Virus record (IMG/VR): IMGVR_UViG_3300033463_000062
Location: 26,109 to 90,108 of that record
DNA length: 64,000 nucleotides
Strand: one strand, 5' to 3'
Origin: a virus
Lineage: Duplodnaviria > Heunggongvirae > Uroviricota > Caudoviricetes
Shown here: positions 39,377-48,000 of the stretch, in pieces
Layout of the letters: each line of letters opens with the position of its first letter
Position numbering within the stretch: the stretch's first letter is position 1
Notes under the pieces: model-generated
The model's database searches: none
Seen by the model: the letters and a program-made list of their open reading frames with translations, nothing else
Told to the model about the DNA's origin: nothing
Translations under genes and position numbers: made by a program

Positions 39377-40339
39377 TTATTCCGACTGAATGTCTATAAG
39401 TGTGCTCACGTCGCCGTTGCCGCCCATATATGTAATGGGGTATTTTCCGTCCCACTGCTGAATGAGATAATATTTAAGCAGATCGGGAGTGAGATATTCC
39501 GATACAGCTTTATTCTTCGCAGCTTCTTTTAAGCCTGCATATTCGGCGGCATCCGCCTGTATTTTCGTTACTTCGAGTTCTGCCTGAGCAGCTATTTTTG
39601 CAACTTCAGCCTGTGCGGTCGCTTCTATCTGAGCGCGTTCCGCAGCCTGTGCCGCTTCCATTGTTTTCTGCTCCTGCTCCGTCTGCGCCTTGAGTTTATT
39701 CTGCACGGCAACCTGTTTTGCTTCAACCGCGTTGGTAAATTCGTCCGTGAAGTCCATATCCTCAATCGCCGTTGACGTAACCTTTATATTGTATTTATGT
39801 AACTGTTCGCTCAAAAGCGCCTCGATCTCAGAGGCAAGACTATCTCTTTTACCTATCAGGTTTTCTGCCGTATAGTGTGCCATTATCGTTTTCACACATT
39901 CGGCAACATTCGGTGTAATTACCGTGTCAAAATAATCTGTTCCTATGCTTCTGTATATTTCGGAAGCGTTAACCTTGTCTATCTGATAGTTTATCGTGTA
40001 AACGCACGAGACTTCCTGAATGTCAGAACTGAAGCACGCAAGGTCTATCGTAGCCTTCTGAATACGGTTATCCATTTTGACTATTCTTGCCCACGGCGCT
40101 TTTGTGTTAATACCAGCGTCAAGAGTTGTGTCTTCAACCTTTCCGAATATCGTTACTATTCCCGTGTGTCCTGTCGGTATCGAAGTAAAGAAACTTCCGA
40201 CGAACAATCCTATTGCTAAAAATATAGCAACAGCGGATGAAATTATCAAGACTTTTCTATAGTCCTCGTTGAACGCCCCGACAATCAGAAGGATAACCGC
40301 TATAATTGCGATTATGATGCTAAAAACAAATGCTACCAT
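39377..40339 (-). CDS. SPFH/band-7 (prohibitin/stomatin-like) membrane protein
   Basis: N-terminal TM helices, SPFH core, long Ala/Glu/Gln coiled-coil C-terminal region typical of HflK/C-like proteins. Confidence 0.65.
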   Translation of the reverse strand: MVAFVFSIIIAIIAVILLIVGAFNEDYRKVLIISSAVAIFLAIGLFVGSFFTSIPTGHTGIVTIFGKVEDTTLDAGINTKAPWARIVKMDNRIQKATIDLACFSSDIQEVSCVYTINYQIDKVNASEIYRSIGTDYFDTVITPNVAECVKTIMAHYTAENLIGKRDSLASEIEALLSEQLHKYNIKVTSTAIEDMDFTDEFTNAVEAKQVAVQNKLKAQTEQEQKTMEAAQAAERAQIEATAQAEVAKIAAQAELEVTKIQADAAEYAGLKEAAKNKAVSEYLTPDLLKYYLIQQWDGKYPITYMGGNGDVSTLIDIQSE

Positions 40340-40365
40340 TATTATTCTCCTTTTTATTTATTGTT

Positions 40366-41001
40366 TTATTGGTTGTTGTTGCCTGTAATAAGCTCGCTGT
40401 GCGGCAGAGTTTCAATCCACTTGCAGAACTCTCTCCACTCGGGGAGCCGGTGGTTCTTTCTCTGCGCATAAATCGTCTTGAGCTGCCTGTAGTTTGTCGT
40501 CATTCCCGCCGTCAAAATGAAACCCGCAGGATTGCTGTAAAGGATTTCGAGATATTTAACTTTCTGAATATCACTATTCTCGGGAATTAACCCTGCTTCG
40601 ACACGACCAGCAAATTCGTTATACTCTTTAACCTTTTCTTTCATGATCTCAATTATGCGTTTATCGACGTACTCGTTGTACGCTTTGTTGAGATCGAATT
40701 TTGTTATGCGGTGCATTGTGCTTTGCGAGCTGACAAAATCAAGAAAGTGATACCGCTCCGCCTCGACCCACGCTTTGTTTGAAAACGAGAAATCGAACTG
40801 AACGATTATTCCGGTCAAAAATTGGTCATGACCAGAGCCACGTTCAGATTGTGCCAGAGCCTTTATCCCTTCGGTTAATTCTTCTGTCGGTTTGTTTATA
40901 TCAACCGACATCGGAAACTTTGCTCGGCGAATGCTCTCTTTAAGACCATACACAACTGCGTTTGATACCACGCCACAGCCTTCTACTGTAATGTAACTCA
41001 T
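40366..41001 (-). CDS. ThyX-like (flavin-dependent thymidylate synthase fold) protein, diverged
   Basis: SERGSGHDQF...FDFSFS...W..AER(x)7S aligns with ThyX HGHE...FTFH...WFRHR(x)7S but the RHR motif is AER. Confidence 0.4.
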   Translation of the reverse strand: MSYITVEGCGVVSNAVVYGLKESIRRAKFPMSVDINKPTEELTEGIKALAQSERGSGHDQFLTGIIVQFDFSFSNKAWVEAERYHFLDFVSSQSTMHRITKFDLNKAYNEYVDKRIIEIMKEKVKEYNEFAGRVEAGLIPENSDIQKVKYLEILYSNPAGFILTAGMTTNYRQLKTIYAQRKNHRLPEWREFCKWIETLPHSELITGNNNQ

Positions 41002-41016
41002 TTAAACCTCCTGTTA

Positions 41017-41403
41017 CTATTTTACGTAAACACAAAAGTCAGAGCCTATGAAATTGTCTGTGGTTAATTCGTTGCTTGAAAACAGCCTCATACACCCGCT
41101 TTTCGGCAAACAGTCTATACGCCAATCAACATATTTCGGATGCTGAAAATCTATTCCATTGCCGCCGATACCGTTTAAATGTATGACATCTGACCAACCA
41201 GATACAACTCCCACGATTTTTCCACGCTTGGCGAGAATAAACTTAATACTTCTATATCCGCTGTCGTGTTTTTTAGAGGTTGGAACCAGTATGATTTCAG
41301 AAAACGAATCGCATGGTTCAAAATTCTCCATATCCAAGAATTCTTTTTTTGAATAAGAATTGATGTCTCTGTCCATAAAGCCTCCTTTTATAAAGACGCG
41401 CAA
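41017..41403 (-). CDS. hypothetical protein
   Basis: 128 aa. Confidence 0.4.
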   Translation of the reverse strand: MRVFIKGGFMDRDINSYSKKEFLDMENFEPCDSFSEIILVPTSKKHDSGYRSIKFILAKRGKIVGVVSGWSDVIHLNGIGGNGIDFQHPKYVDWRIDCLPKSGCMRLFSSNELTTDNFIGSDFCVYVK

Positions 41404-41666
41404 AACGCGCCGAGCTTATTCCACAATACGAGAGTCTCAGGTGATATCAGGATATCGTCGGGAACTCCAGTTACGCAGTGCCACAGATAAGCTTTCTTCC
41501 ATAACTGTGCGGCATACTGCCTTTCCTTAATGGTGAAGTACTGGAGCCATAATCGTCTGCGTTTGCCGGTGTTCCACCGCATTCCGTAAACCGTTTCTGC
41601 GATCAGTTCGTATGGGATTTTCTCTTTTATTTGCTTGTCAGTCAGCTGAATAAGAGTTCTTTTCAT
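41388..41666 (-). CDS. hypothetical protein
   Basis: 92 aa. Confidence 0.4.
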   Translation of the reverse strand: MKRTLIQLTDKQIKEKIPYELIAETVYGMRWNTGKRRRLWLQYFTIKERQYAAQLWKKAYLWHCVTGVPDDILISPETLVLWNKLGAFCASL

Positions 41667-41968
41667 TCAGCCTCCCAGTACGTATATCCGCATTTAAGCG
41701 AATAGTAGTCTTTGCCGTTTCTGAATTTGATAGGATGTTTAGTGATGAATGTGCCGTAGAAATTGCAGACCACGTTGTTCTCAACGGTAATCGGGTTACC
41801 GCCGTCATCGCTATGCCTTATCTCATACACGTACCACCCGTCGGGAACCGTGCTTCGGTCAACGCGTTCAGATGTAAGCACGCCGACGTTCTCGGTCGTC
41901 TTGCCCGGCGCAAGCATAAAATTATCGCCGATTGCAATCGCCGCGTCGAAACTAATTCCGTTTCTCAT
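41663..41968 (-). CDS. hypothetical protein
   Basis: 101 aa. Confidence 0.4.
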   Translation of the reverse strand: MRNGISFDAAIAIGDNFMLAPGKTTENVGVLTSERVDRSTVPDGWYVYEIRHSDDGGNPITVENNVVCNFYGTFITKHPIKFRNGKDYYSLKCGYTYWEAE

Positions 41969-41980
41969 TTCGTTCTCCTT

Positions 41981-42316
41981 TCAGAATCTTATTTCAAGAG
42001 CGTTTATTGCTCCGTTCTCGTCTTTTGCTGCGAACACGGGGTACCAACCGTCGCCATATCCAGACTCCGTACAGAAACCCTCTTTTGTAATGAGATAGTT
42101 GTGCTCATTTATCTTTTCGCAAAATTCATCCCATTCATCGTCATTATAATCGGGCTTGTTTTGAAAGAAGCCCGCGAGACCCGCATCAACAGCCAGTTCT
42201 CCGATTTCTTCAAAGTCCTCGTAGTCATGCATTGTGTCGCCTTTATAATATATTCCGCATATGAACGTGCGACTGTACTTTCTTCTTTTCTGGGTTATGC
42301 TGTCTATATAACTCAA
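41981..42316 (-). CDS. hypothetical acidic protein
   Basis: 111 aa. Confidence 0.4.
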   Translation of the reverse strand: MSYIDSITQKRRKYSRTFICGIYYKGDTMHDYEDFEEIGELAVDAGLAGFFQNKPDYNDDEWDEFCEKINEHNYLITKEGFCTESGYGDGWYPVFAAKDENGAINALEIRF

Positions 42317-42741
42317 TTGTCATTTCCAAGCAACACAGCGATACTCCCCCGGTTTGACTCTAATTCCGCTTTTGACACACGAGGTGTCCGCATCATAACA
42401 AGGGTCTGTTGCTGTAACCGGCGTTTCGTCGTAATATCTTGTTCCGACTTCTATAGGTTTTAGCTTCATTTTGTTCTCCTTTGCATAAATTCGTTTATCA
42501 TAATCCTGTTTGTAATAAGCGGGGATGCGCCACTGCTTCCAGCGATGTTCTACCGCTACTTTGTCTTCACTCCCAACTGTTTCTCTGATGTCTTGCGTGT
42601 CTTTCTTGTGTTTTTTACCTCTTTTTCCACCATGATTGGTGTCATTTTTGCACCTTTTCCCCCTTTTTTAACGCGATTTCTTACCCGAAGCTTACTTTGC
42701 AACGCGCGTGCCAGACAGCTGGTCTTCCCGGGGTGTTCTTT

Positions 42742-42805
42742 TCGTCCTAACATTTTTATACGTCCGATAATACCGAACGCTTGGTTTCACCAAAATGCGA
42801 TTATG
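42742..42805 (-). repeat. conserved two-hairpin intergenic element, copy A
   Basis: 12 nt after stop of 42814..43116; minus-strand form AATCGCATTTTGG-UGAAA-CCAAGCGTTCGGTATTATCGGACGTATAAAAATGTTAGGACGA. Confidence 0.7.
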
Positions 42806-42813
42806 ATTTTAAA

Positions 42814-43116
42814 TTAAAGCGCGTTTAACGCTGCTATATCTTCGGCAGAAAGTTTGCTGACGTCGAACATCGGCTCCTTCTGCATCGCTTTTATTTCGTT
42901 AAGCGTGTAACCCTCGAGAAGCATCTTCTTCTCGACGCAGAGTTTTGAGACCGAATTATACAGACAGCGTTTGTTGTTTACGACGGTGTCCCATATCGAC
43001 GTGTCGTCCTCTTTGAAAGCTTCGTAGCTTATGTCGTCCACCTCTTTTTCCGTTGTGGCATTTTTGATTTTTGCTTTATAGTATTTAAGTCTTTCGTTGT
43101 AAACTTCTTTTGTCAT
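42814..43116 (-). CDS. hypothetical protein
   Basis: 100 aa. Confidence 0.4.
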   Translation of the reverse strand: MTKEVYNERLKYYKAKIKNATTEKEVDDISYEAFKEDDTSIWDTVVNNKRCLYNSVSKLCVEKKMLLEGYTLNEIKAMQKEPMFDVSKLSAEDIAALNAL

Positions 43117-43301
43117 ATTATTTTCCCTTCCTGTTTGAGTTTTCTGCGAATGTTCAATCGCTCGGTCAAATCCAGATTTGTATAATCAGGATATAACCTG
43201 TAGATTGTCTCATAGTTTTTTGCCTGAATTCTGTCGTACTCCGCAAGGTTCGCTCGTGTAACCTCTTCGCGGATTGAGAATAGCTCACGCGGATACGTCA
43301 A
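43113..43301 (-). CDS. hypothetical protein
   Basis: 62 aa. Confidence 0.35.
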   Translation of the reverse strand: MTYPRELFSIREEVTRANLAEYDRIQAKNYETIYRLYPDYTNLDLTERLNIRRKLKQEGKII

Positions 43302-43501
43302 TCTTGCTCACCTCTTATTTTCGAGTCGAGTTCGTCAAACTTTTCCAAAGCTGAAGCAAGTTCGTTTGCAGAATACACATATCTTGCCGAGCCGTCTTTA
43401 AGGTAAGAACTAACTTCAACTGTAATCTCCTTCTTTTCCCAGTCAATATTCAGACTTAAAGATACGGAATGATATCCTTTGTTTGAAGCCTTAATGACCA
43501 T
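43298..43501 (-). CDS. hypothetical protein
   Basis: 67 aa. Confidence 0.35.
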   Translation of the reverse strand: MVIKASNKGYHSVSLSLNIDWEKKEITVEVSSYLKDGSARYVYSANELASALEKFDELDSKIRGEQD

Positions 43502-43979
43502 TCTTTATCGCCTCCTTCGCCCACCTTACGAGGAAGTTCATCTCCTCGTCAAATCCTCCGTCGCGTCCTACAATGAAATCAGCGTTGAAATACTCGTTGA
43601 CCCACCAATCAAACTCCCCTTTGGTTTCGGGGATGTTGTCGACGTATCCCCACTCGCCCTGAAACTCGTCGGGCATATATTCAAAAAACTTCATGGTGTC
43701 TCCGTCTACTTCTTCGTACAATTTCAAAATGCGCTCTGCATCGAGGATTTCAATTTCAAAACTGCCGTTGCCGTTGTTTGCGCATTCGTTTGCGTAAATG
43801 ATATATACACGATCTTTGGCTCCGTATACTTTGCCCGACGCAAACACCGCGTCCATTCCGGGCACGATATTCTCGTATGTTCTTTCTGTGGACTCGAGGC
43901 AAACGTATCCTTCATAGTCTTGGTCATATCCGTAGAACTGACAACCTTTGCACGAGCCTTTATTACAAATATGCGCCAT
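43491..43979 (-). CDS. hypothetical acidic protein
   Basis: 162 aa. Confidence 0.4.
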   Translation of the reverse strand: MAHICNKGSCKGCQFYGYDQDYEGYVCLESTERTYENIVPGMDAVFASGKVYGAKDRVYIIYANECANNGNGSFEIEILDAERILKLYEEVDGDTMKFFEYMPDEFQGEWGYVDNIPETKGEFDWWVNEYFNADFIVGRDGGFDEEMNFLVRWAKEAIKNGH

Positions 43980-43991
43980 AGCGTTCTCCTT

Positions 43992-44468
43992 TCAGGTTTT
44001 TATGATTGTATTCTTTATGAACTCTTTTTCGTCAATCCCATTTACAGCGTCCCAAGCCGAGACGTCTGCAAAATATTCTGTGCGGTATTCGTCGTATAAA
44101 TCGTATGGTTGAATAACTCTTGCTATAGCTCTTAACGTAACTGTTGTGCTACCAACCCATTCGACGAACGACCATAATATTCCGTCTTTCTCAAATAATA
44201 CGCCATGCTCGTTTAAATCAGAGATATCGTAATAATTTGATATAATGCCACTTTCGAGGAAGTGAAATCCGTGTTGAAGCGCAAGATCTATACAGCTACT
44301 TGCCCATACTCTTGCGGTTATATTGCAAAAGCGGGAGGTGTTTGTAAGCCGTTCGACTTTCATCCCGTCACCCCGTTTATCGCGTCCCAAGCGGACACTG
44401 CGTCGAATTCCGGTTCGAACACGTTTCCGACTTCTCGCAGGATTATGCCGGATGAATCGTTGAGCCAA
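43992..44468 (-). CDS. hypothetical protein (paralog of 44360..44698)
   Basis: shares ...SAWDAVNGI... block with neighbour. Confidence 0.4.
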   Translation of the reverse strand: MAQRFIRHNPARSRKRVRTGIRRSVRLGRDKRGDGMKVERLTNTSRFCNITARVWASSCIDLALQHGFHFLESGIISNYYDISDLNEHGVLFEKDGILWSFVEWVGSTTVTLRAIARVIQPYDLYDEYRTEYFADVSAWDAVNGIDEKEFIKNTIIKT

Positions 44469-44698
44469 CGTATAAACACATACAATTTGTTGTCTTTTAC
44501 GTACATTGTGCTGAAATCGTTAACCAATTCTCCATCGGAAATATCGACAAGATTCGATATGCTTATAGCGTATACTCTTTCATATCCGAGGCGCTTGGCA
44601 ACTGTTTCGCACCACTCTTCGCCTCCCTCGCGTGGAAGAAAAACGTCGACCGGTGTGTATGGATTGTAAGTTTTTTCTACTATCATATCACACCTCAA
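44360..44698 (-). CDS. hypothetical protein (paralog of 43992..44468)
   Basis: ...VSAWDAINGV... block. Confidence 0.4.
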   Translation of the reverse strand: MRCDMIVEKTYNPYTPVDVFLPREGGEEWCETVAKRLGYERVYAISISNLVDISDGELVNDFSTMYVKDNKLYVFIRWLNDSSGIILREVGNVFEPEFDAVSAWDAINGVTG

Positions 44699-44913
44699 AC
44701 GTCGAATTCGTACAGCCAGTCTGAGAAATGTTCGAGAATGTTGCCGTCAACATTCATCCACTGTGCACAGAACTCGTCCTCGGAGTATCTTCTATAGAAA
44801 TCCTCAATGACACCCGCCGATACATATACAGTTCCGTGCGCCCTTAGGTAATCCATAATCTTTTTCATATCGTCGGGAAACTCAAAGTGTTCGTATTTTT
44901 CGTAAATTTTCAT
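44695..44913 (-). CDS. hypothetical protein
   Basis: 72 aa, RBS GAGGAGAACGATATG. Confidence 0.4.
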   Translation of the reverse strand: MKIYEKYEHFEFPDDMKKIMDYLRAHGTVYVSAGVIEDFYRRYSEDEFCAQWMNVDGNILEHFSDWLYEFDV

Positions 44914-45186
44914 ATCGTTCTCCTCTAATGTAATCCAATAAAAGTGTGCTACAGCAGTTACTACCGATGTATTGGACTCAATTAACTCCGCCTACACCGC
45001 TCTGTGTGTTTCGTTTGTCAAAGTTTCTCGAATCTTTTTTTCCTTTTTTCTTTTCAAAGTCTTGATTTCTTGTACTCATTGTCGGTATTTCTTCTGCGTT
45101 TTAGCCAATTCTGACAGTTCTTTGCGATTTCTGTATCTATTTTGGCAACTGTTGCTATGTGCCCATAGTCTCCTCAGCTCGATCTG

Positions 45187-45250
45187 TCGTCCTAACATTG
45201 CGGTGCGTCCGATAAAACCGAACGCTCAACTTGCGTTGAAATACGATTAC
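45187..45250 (-). repeat. conserved two-hairpin intergenic element, copy B
   Basis: begins at stop of 45263..45784; hairpin 1 is CAAC-GCAA-GTTG. Confidence 0.7.
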
Positions 45251-45262
45251 ATTATAAAATGG

Positions 45263-45784
45263 TTATTTGTTTTTCGTTTTCTTCTCGCTGAAATCTAAGC
45301 GATAAAGCCCCGACTGAACCCGCCAGATTCCATCGGTACCACGGACAACGTGGTCTATTTGGTGTACGGATTTTTCCCAGCAGTTCAACTTCCACTTGTA
45401 AAAGATTTCTACGGCAAAAACTCCAGAAGAGTTTTGTTCGGTGAACCCGATTTTTATATCATAATCACCCTTTTCTTCGTGTACCTTTTTTACCATAGAT
45501 ATAGCTTCATCGACCGTTATTCTGATTGCTTTCCCACCTGACGCCGACCAGTGCGGGCACCAGTGCTCAAACACATCCGCATAATGCATATACTGCGGAG
45601 GCTGTATATATGTGCAAAAATCGCTTGCTCCCCTCATTTCGCGATGCTTGCAATTAAGGCACACACGCTTTCTCTCTTCGCCCATATTTTCATCAAACTC
45701 CTTTCTGATTACCCTCATTTTGCCAATAATCCGTAGTAAACACAGGGCGGTTTTCTGTCTTTTACGTTCGGTTCCTTCCAACAT
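45263..45784 (-). CDS. hypothetical Cys/His-containing protein
   Basis: 173 aa. Confidence 0.4.
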   Translation of the reverse strand: MLEGTERKRQKTALCLLRIIGKMRVIRKEFDENMGEERKRVCLNCKHREMRGASDFCTYIQPPQYMHYADVFEHWCPHWSASGGKAIRITVDEAISMVKKVHEEKGDYDIKIGFTEQNSSGVFAVEIFYKWKLNCWEKSVHQIDHVVRGTDGIWRVQSGLYRLDFSEKKTKNK

Positions 45785-45942
45785 TTGTCGCTAACGCATC
45801 TCTTTTTCATCTCATCGTTTGGACATTTGTAACAGCCGGGACTTTTTAAGCAGTATTCGGCAAGCTCTTTTTCTGTCGGTGTAAGTTCTGTTTGATTCTT
45901 CATGTCATATTCATATCCTCTCCGACAATATTTATCTGGCAA
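45715..45942 (-). CDS. Cys-rich small protein
   Basis: 75 aa. Confidence 0.35.
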   Translation of the reverse strand: MPDKYCRRGYEYDMKNQTELTPTEKELAEYCLKSPGCYKCPNDEMKKRCVSDKCWKEPNVKDRKPPCVYYGLLAK

Positions 45943-46436
45943 CTCTTCATCACCTCGAGCGCCGCCTTGTGTCTTTCCGGCGTCGAACCGGCGCAGCAGG
46001 ACGCGTCAACCGTAATTTCAACTTCGGGGCACGTTGCCTTGATGAGAAGTGCGTTTGAAATAACGCAGATATCGGTACACAGACCGACGATTTCGATGCG
46101 GTCATATTTTTTGCATTTGTTGGCAAGCTCTAAACTGCCAAATGTCTTTTTGTTGACAACTTCGCTTTTGTCGTCTTCAACATTCAACAGAGCGTCACGC
46201 ACCTTGACGTCGAATGTCCACCCTTCCGTTCCGTAGATACAGTGCTTTACGGGCAAATGTTTGCCTTCTGTGGTTTCAAGATAGTCTTCCTCATGTTCAT
46301 CCTTGGTCGCAAAAACAAAGCCGTCCCAGTTGTGGATTTTCTCAACGACTTTCGGAACGATTGCCCGCGCTTCTGCGGAGCCGAGCGAGCCGTCGATGAA
46401 ATCTTTTTGCATATCGACCACGATCAGCGCTTTCAT
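45900..46436 (-). CDS. isochorismatase-family cysteine hydrolase (nicotinamidase PncA-like)
   Basis: ORF 45900..46541 trimmed to MKALIVVDMQKDF; Asp (VVDMQ), Lys and Cys (GLCTDICV) catalytic triad pattern. Confidence 0.65.
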   Translation of the reverse strand: MKALIVVDMQKDFIDGSLGSAEARAIVPKVVEKIHNWDGFVFATKDEHEEDYLETTEGKHLPVKHCIYGTEGWTFDVKVRDALLNVEDDKSEVVNKKTFGSLELANKCKKYDRIEIVGLCTDICVISNALLIKATCPEVEITVDASCCAGSTPERHKAALEVMKSCQINIVGEDMNMT

Positions 46437-46777
46437 ATTTCGTTCCTTTCCTTTCTCAAGTGGTACTTTATCGTCTGTCGAAGCCATTCTGTCATTGTAT
46501 TCCAGTTGAGGTTCAGTGCGCTGACGCTGTCGTCGAGCCATTCGGCGAATAAGAAGTTAAGCAGATCATCTTTCTTGACAAGCCATTCTGCCTCGAATTC
46601 GAGGAACTTGTCCTGAATATAATCTGCCATTAGCATTTCCGCATAATTCTCGAAGAAGCAGATTTCGTAAAATCTGTCGTAAACCTCAGGCGTTTCTTTC
46701 TTGAGCATTTTACTGCGGAACTTGCAAAGTTCGTTTGACACCTTGTCGACAAGATTAAAATATAATTCGTCAGTCAT
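46433..46777 (-). CDS. hypothetical protein
   Basis: 114 aa. Confidence 0.4.
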   Translation of the reverse strand: MTDELYFNLVDKVSNELCKFRSKMLKKETPEVYDRFYEICFFENYAEMLMADYIQDKFLEFEAEWLVKKDDLLNFLFAEWLDDSVSALNLNWNTMTEWLRQTIKYHLRKERNEI

Positions 46778-46789
46778 TTTAGTCCTCCT

Positions 46790-47170
46790 TCATAAAAGAT
46801 TAGTTTGATTTTCCCACGGCGCTGTGACAAGATATGACGGCGAACCGTTATAGGATACGTAGCCGTTCTCCTCATACCAGTTGTCGTTTTTGTATATAAA
46901 ATGCCACATCTCGTTGTCTTCGCCAACGAATTCTATCTCGCCGGCGGAAATTTTATATTCTTTGTTAAGCTCGACTAACGCTTTTTTGACATCATCTTCG
47001 TAGTAGATCGAGTCGTCGCTGATCTCCACAGATAACGGGTGTGCTCTTGATATATACACATCATAAAAAACTTCTTCAAGAATTGTTTTTACATCCTCGT
47101 TGACCTCCGCCCAGTTTTCTTCGGTGGTCAAAAAATCAATATACCCTTTTGCTTGCGCGCTGTATCCCAT
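46790..47170 (-). CDS. hypothetical acidic protein
   Basis: 126 aa. Confidence 0.4.
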   Translation of the reverse strand: MGYSAQAKGYIDFLTTEENWAEVNEDVKTILEEVFYDVYISRAHPLSVEISDDSIYYEDDVKKALVELNKEYKISAGEIEFVGEDNEMWHFIYKNDNWYEENGYVSYNGSPSYLVTAPWENQTNLL

Positions 47171-47188
47171 ATTTCCCTCCTTACATAG

Positions 47189-47974
47189 TTATACTTCTGT
47201 ATAATAAACGCGTTCTTCTATCAACTCTCGTTGTTCAGTAAATATCGGTGGTTCTTCGTCTATCACCCACACGTTGGGAGTTTTAAATACGCAAACTCCG
47301 CGTTTAAAGGCTGCTGGTTGTTTATTGAAGTTTATATTATGCTGCGAAAATAGCATTTCCTGAATATCATTGCAAGATTTTTTATTCAGTTCTTTATGCG
47401 AAAAATAACATTGTCCGAGCATTTGTATGGCGTTTCTGGTTGCATCTTGCTGACGCCAAATAAAGTAGTTTGTGACTTCCTCTTTCGGCAGATTAAACAC
47501 TCTTGCATCGAATATAGCGCCCGTGGCGTTCCGGTATGCGTTAGCAAGTGAGTCTTCTTCCGCAGACGTGTGCCACGCTTCATCGTAATCGTCGAACCAC
47601 TTACCGGCTTCCTCGTCAAAAAACTTGGCGAAGGCGCTCGTTGCTATTGACGCAGCGACAGAACACATTTTTTGTATTCTGTAGTCGAACCAAGCGCTTG
47701 TCGAAAGCGTGTCATAATCAGTCAGAAGAAGAGATATTTCGTCACTTTGCGTGTATCCGAATTTGCATCCTTGAATATTCTGGCACAGATACTGAGTAGT
47801 GCGATTCATTGCATTATGAAAAACGCGATCATATGGCTTCGTAAAGTGTTTGGTGAAAGTGTGAAATGCTTTGCCGTCTATTCGGACTATCACAGGTGTT
47901 CTTCTTGATAAACGAGTTTCAGATCGTTCTTCATAAAACGACTTCATTCTATCCCCGAGCGAATCTTTTTTCAT
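47189..47974 (-). CDS. Thg1-like protein (tRNA 3'-5' nucleotidyltransferase family, TLP)
   Basis: ORF trimmed to MKKDSL preceded by GGGAGG RBS; motifs VIVRIDGKAFHTFT, GYTQSDEISLL, NYFIWRQQDA, FSQHNINFN align with Thg1 RLDGRNFHRF, GQSDEYSFV, YLSWRQADCH, FSEFNINYN. Confidence 0.75.
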   Translation of the reverse strand: MKKDSLGDRMKSFYEERSETRLSRRTPVIVRIDGKAFHTFTKHFTKPYDRVFHNAMNRTTQYLCQNIQGCKFGYTQSDEISLLLTDYDTLSTSAWFDYRIQKMCSVAASIATSAFAKFFDEEAGKWFDDYDEAWHTSAEEDSLANAYRNATGAIFDARVFNLPKEEVTNYFIWRQQDATRNAIQMLGQCYFSHKELNKKSCNDIQEMLFSQHNINFNKQPAAFKRGVCVFKTPNVWVIDEEPPIFTEQRELIEERVYYTEV

Positions 47975-48000
47975 ATATTCCTCCCTTTTGTATGTATCAA

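Noticed and set aside
41735-42463. 242-aa plus-strand ORF 41735..42463
   Set aside because: Antisense to four tightly packed minus-strand genes; no RBS.
42556-42753. Small basic ORFs beginning MLGR/MLER (ATGTTAGGACGA) inside repeat copies A-D, and ORF 52837..53121 spanning copy D
   Set aside because: The ATG is part of the conserved repeat, there is no RBS, and the downstream peptide sequences are unrelated; most likely a by-product of repeat conservation rather than a peptide gene.
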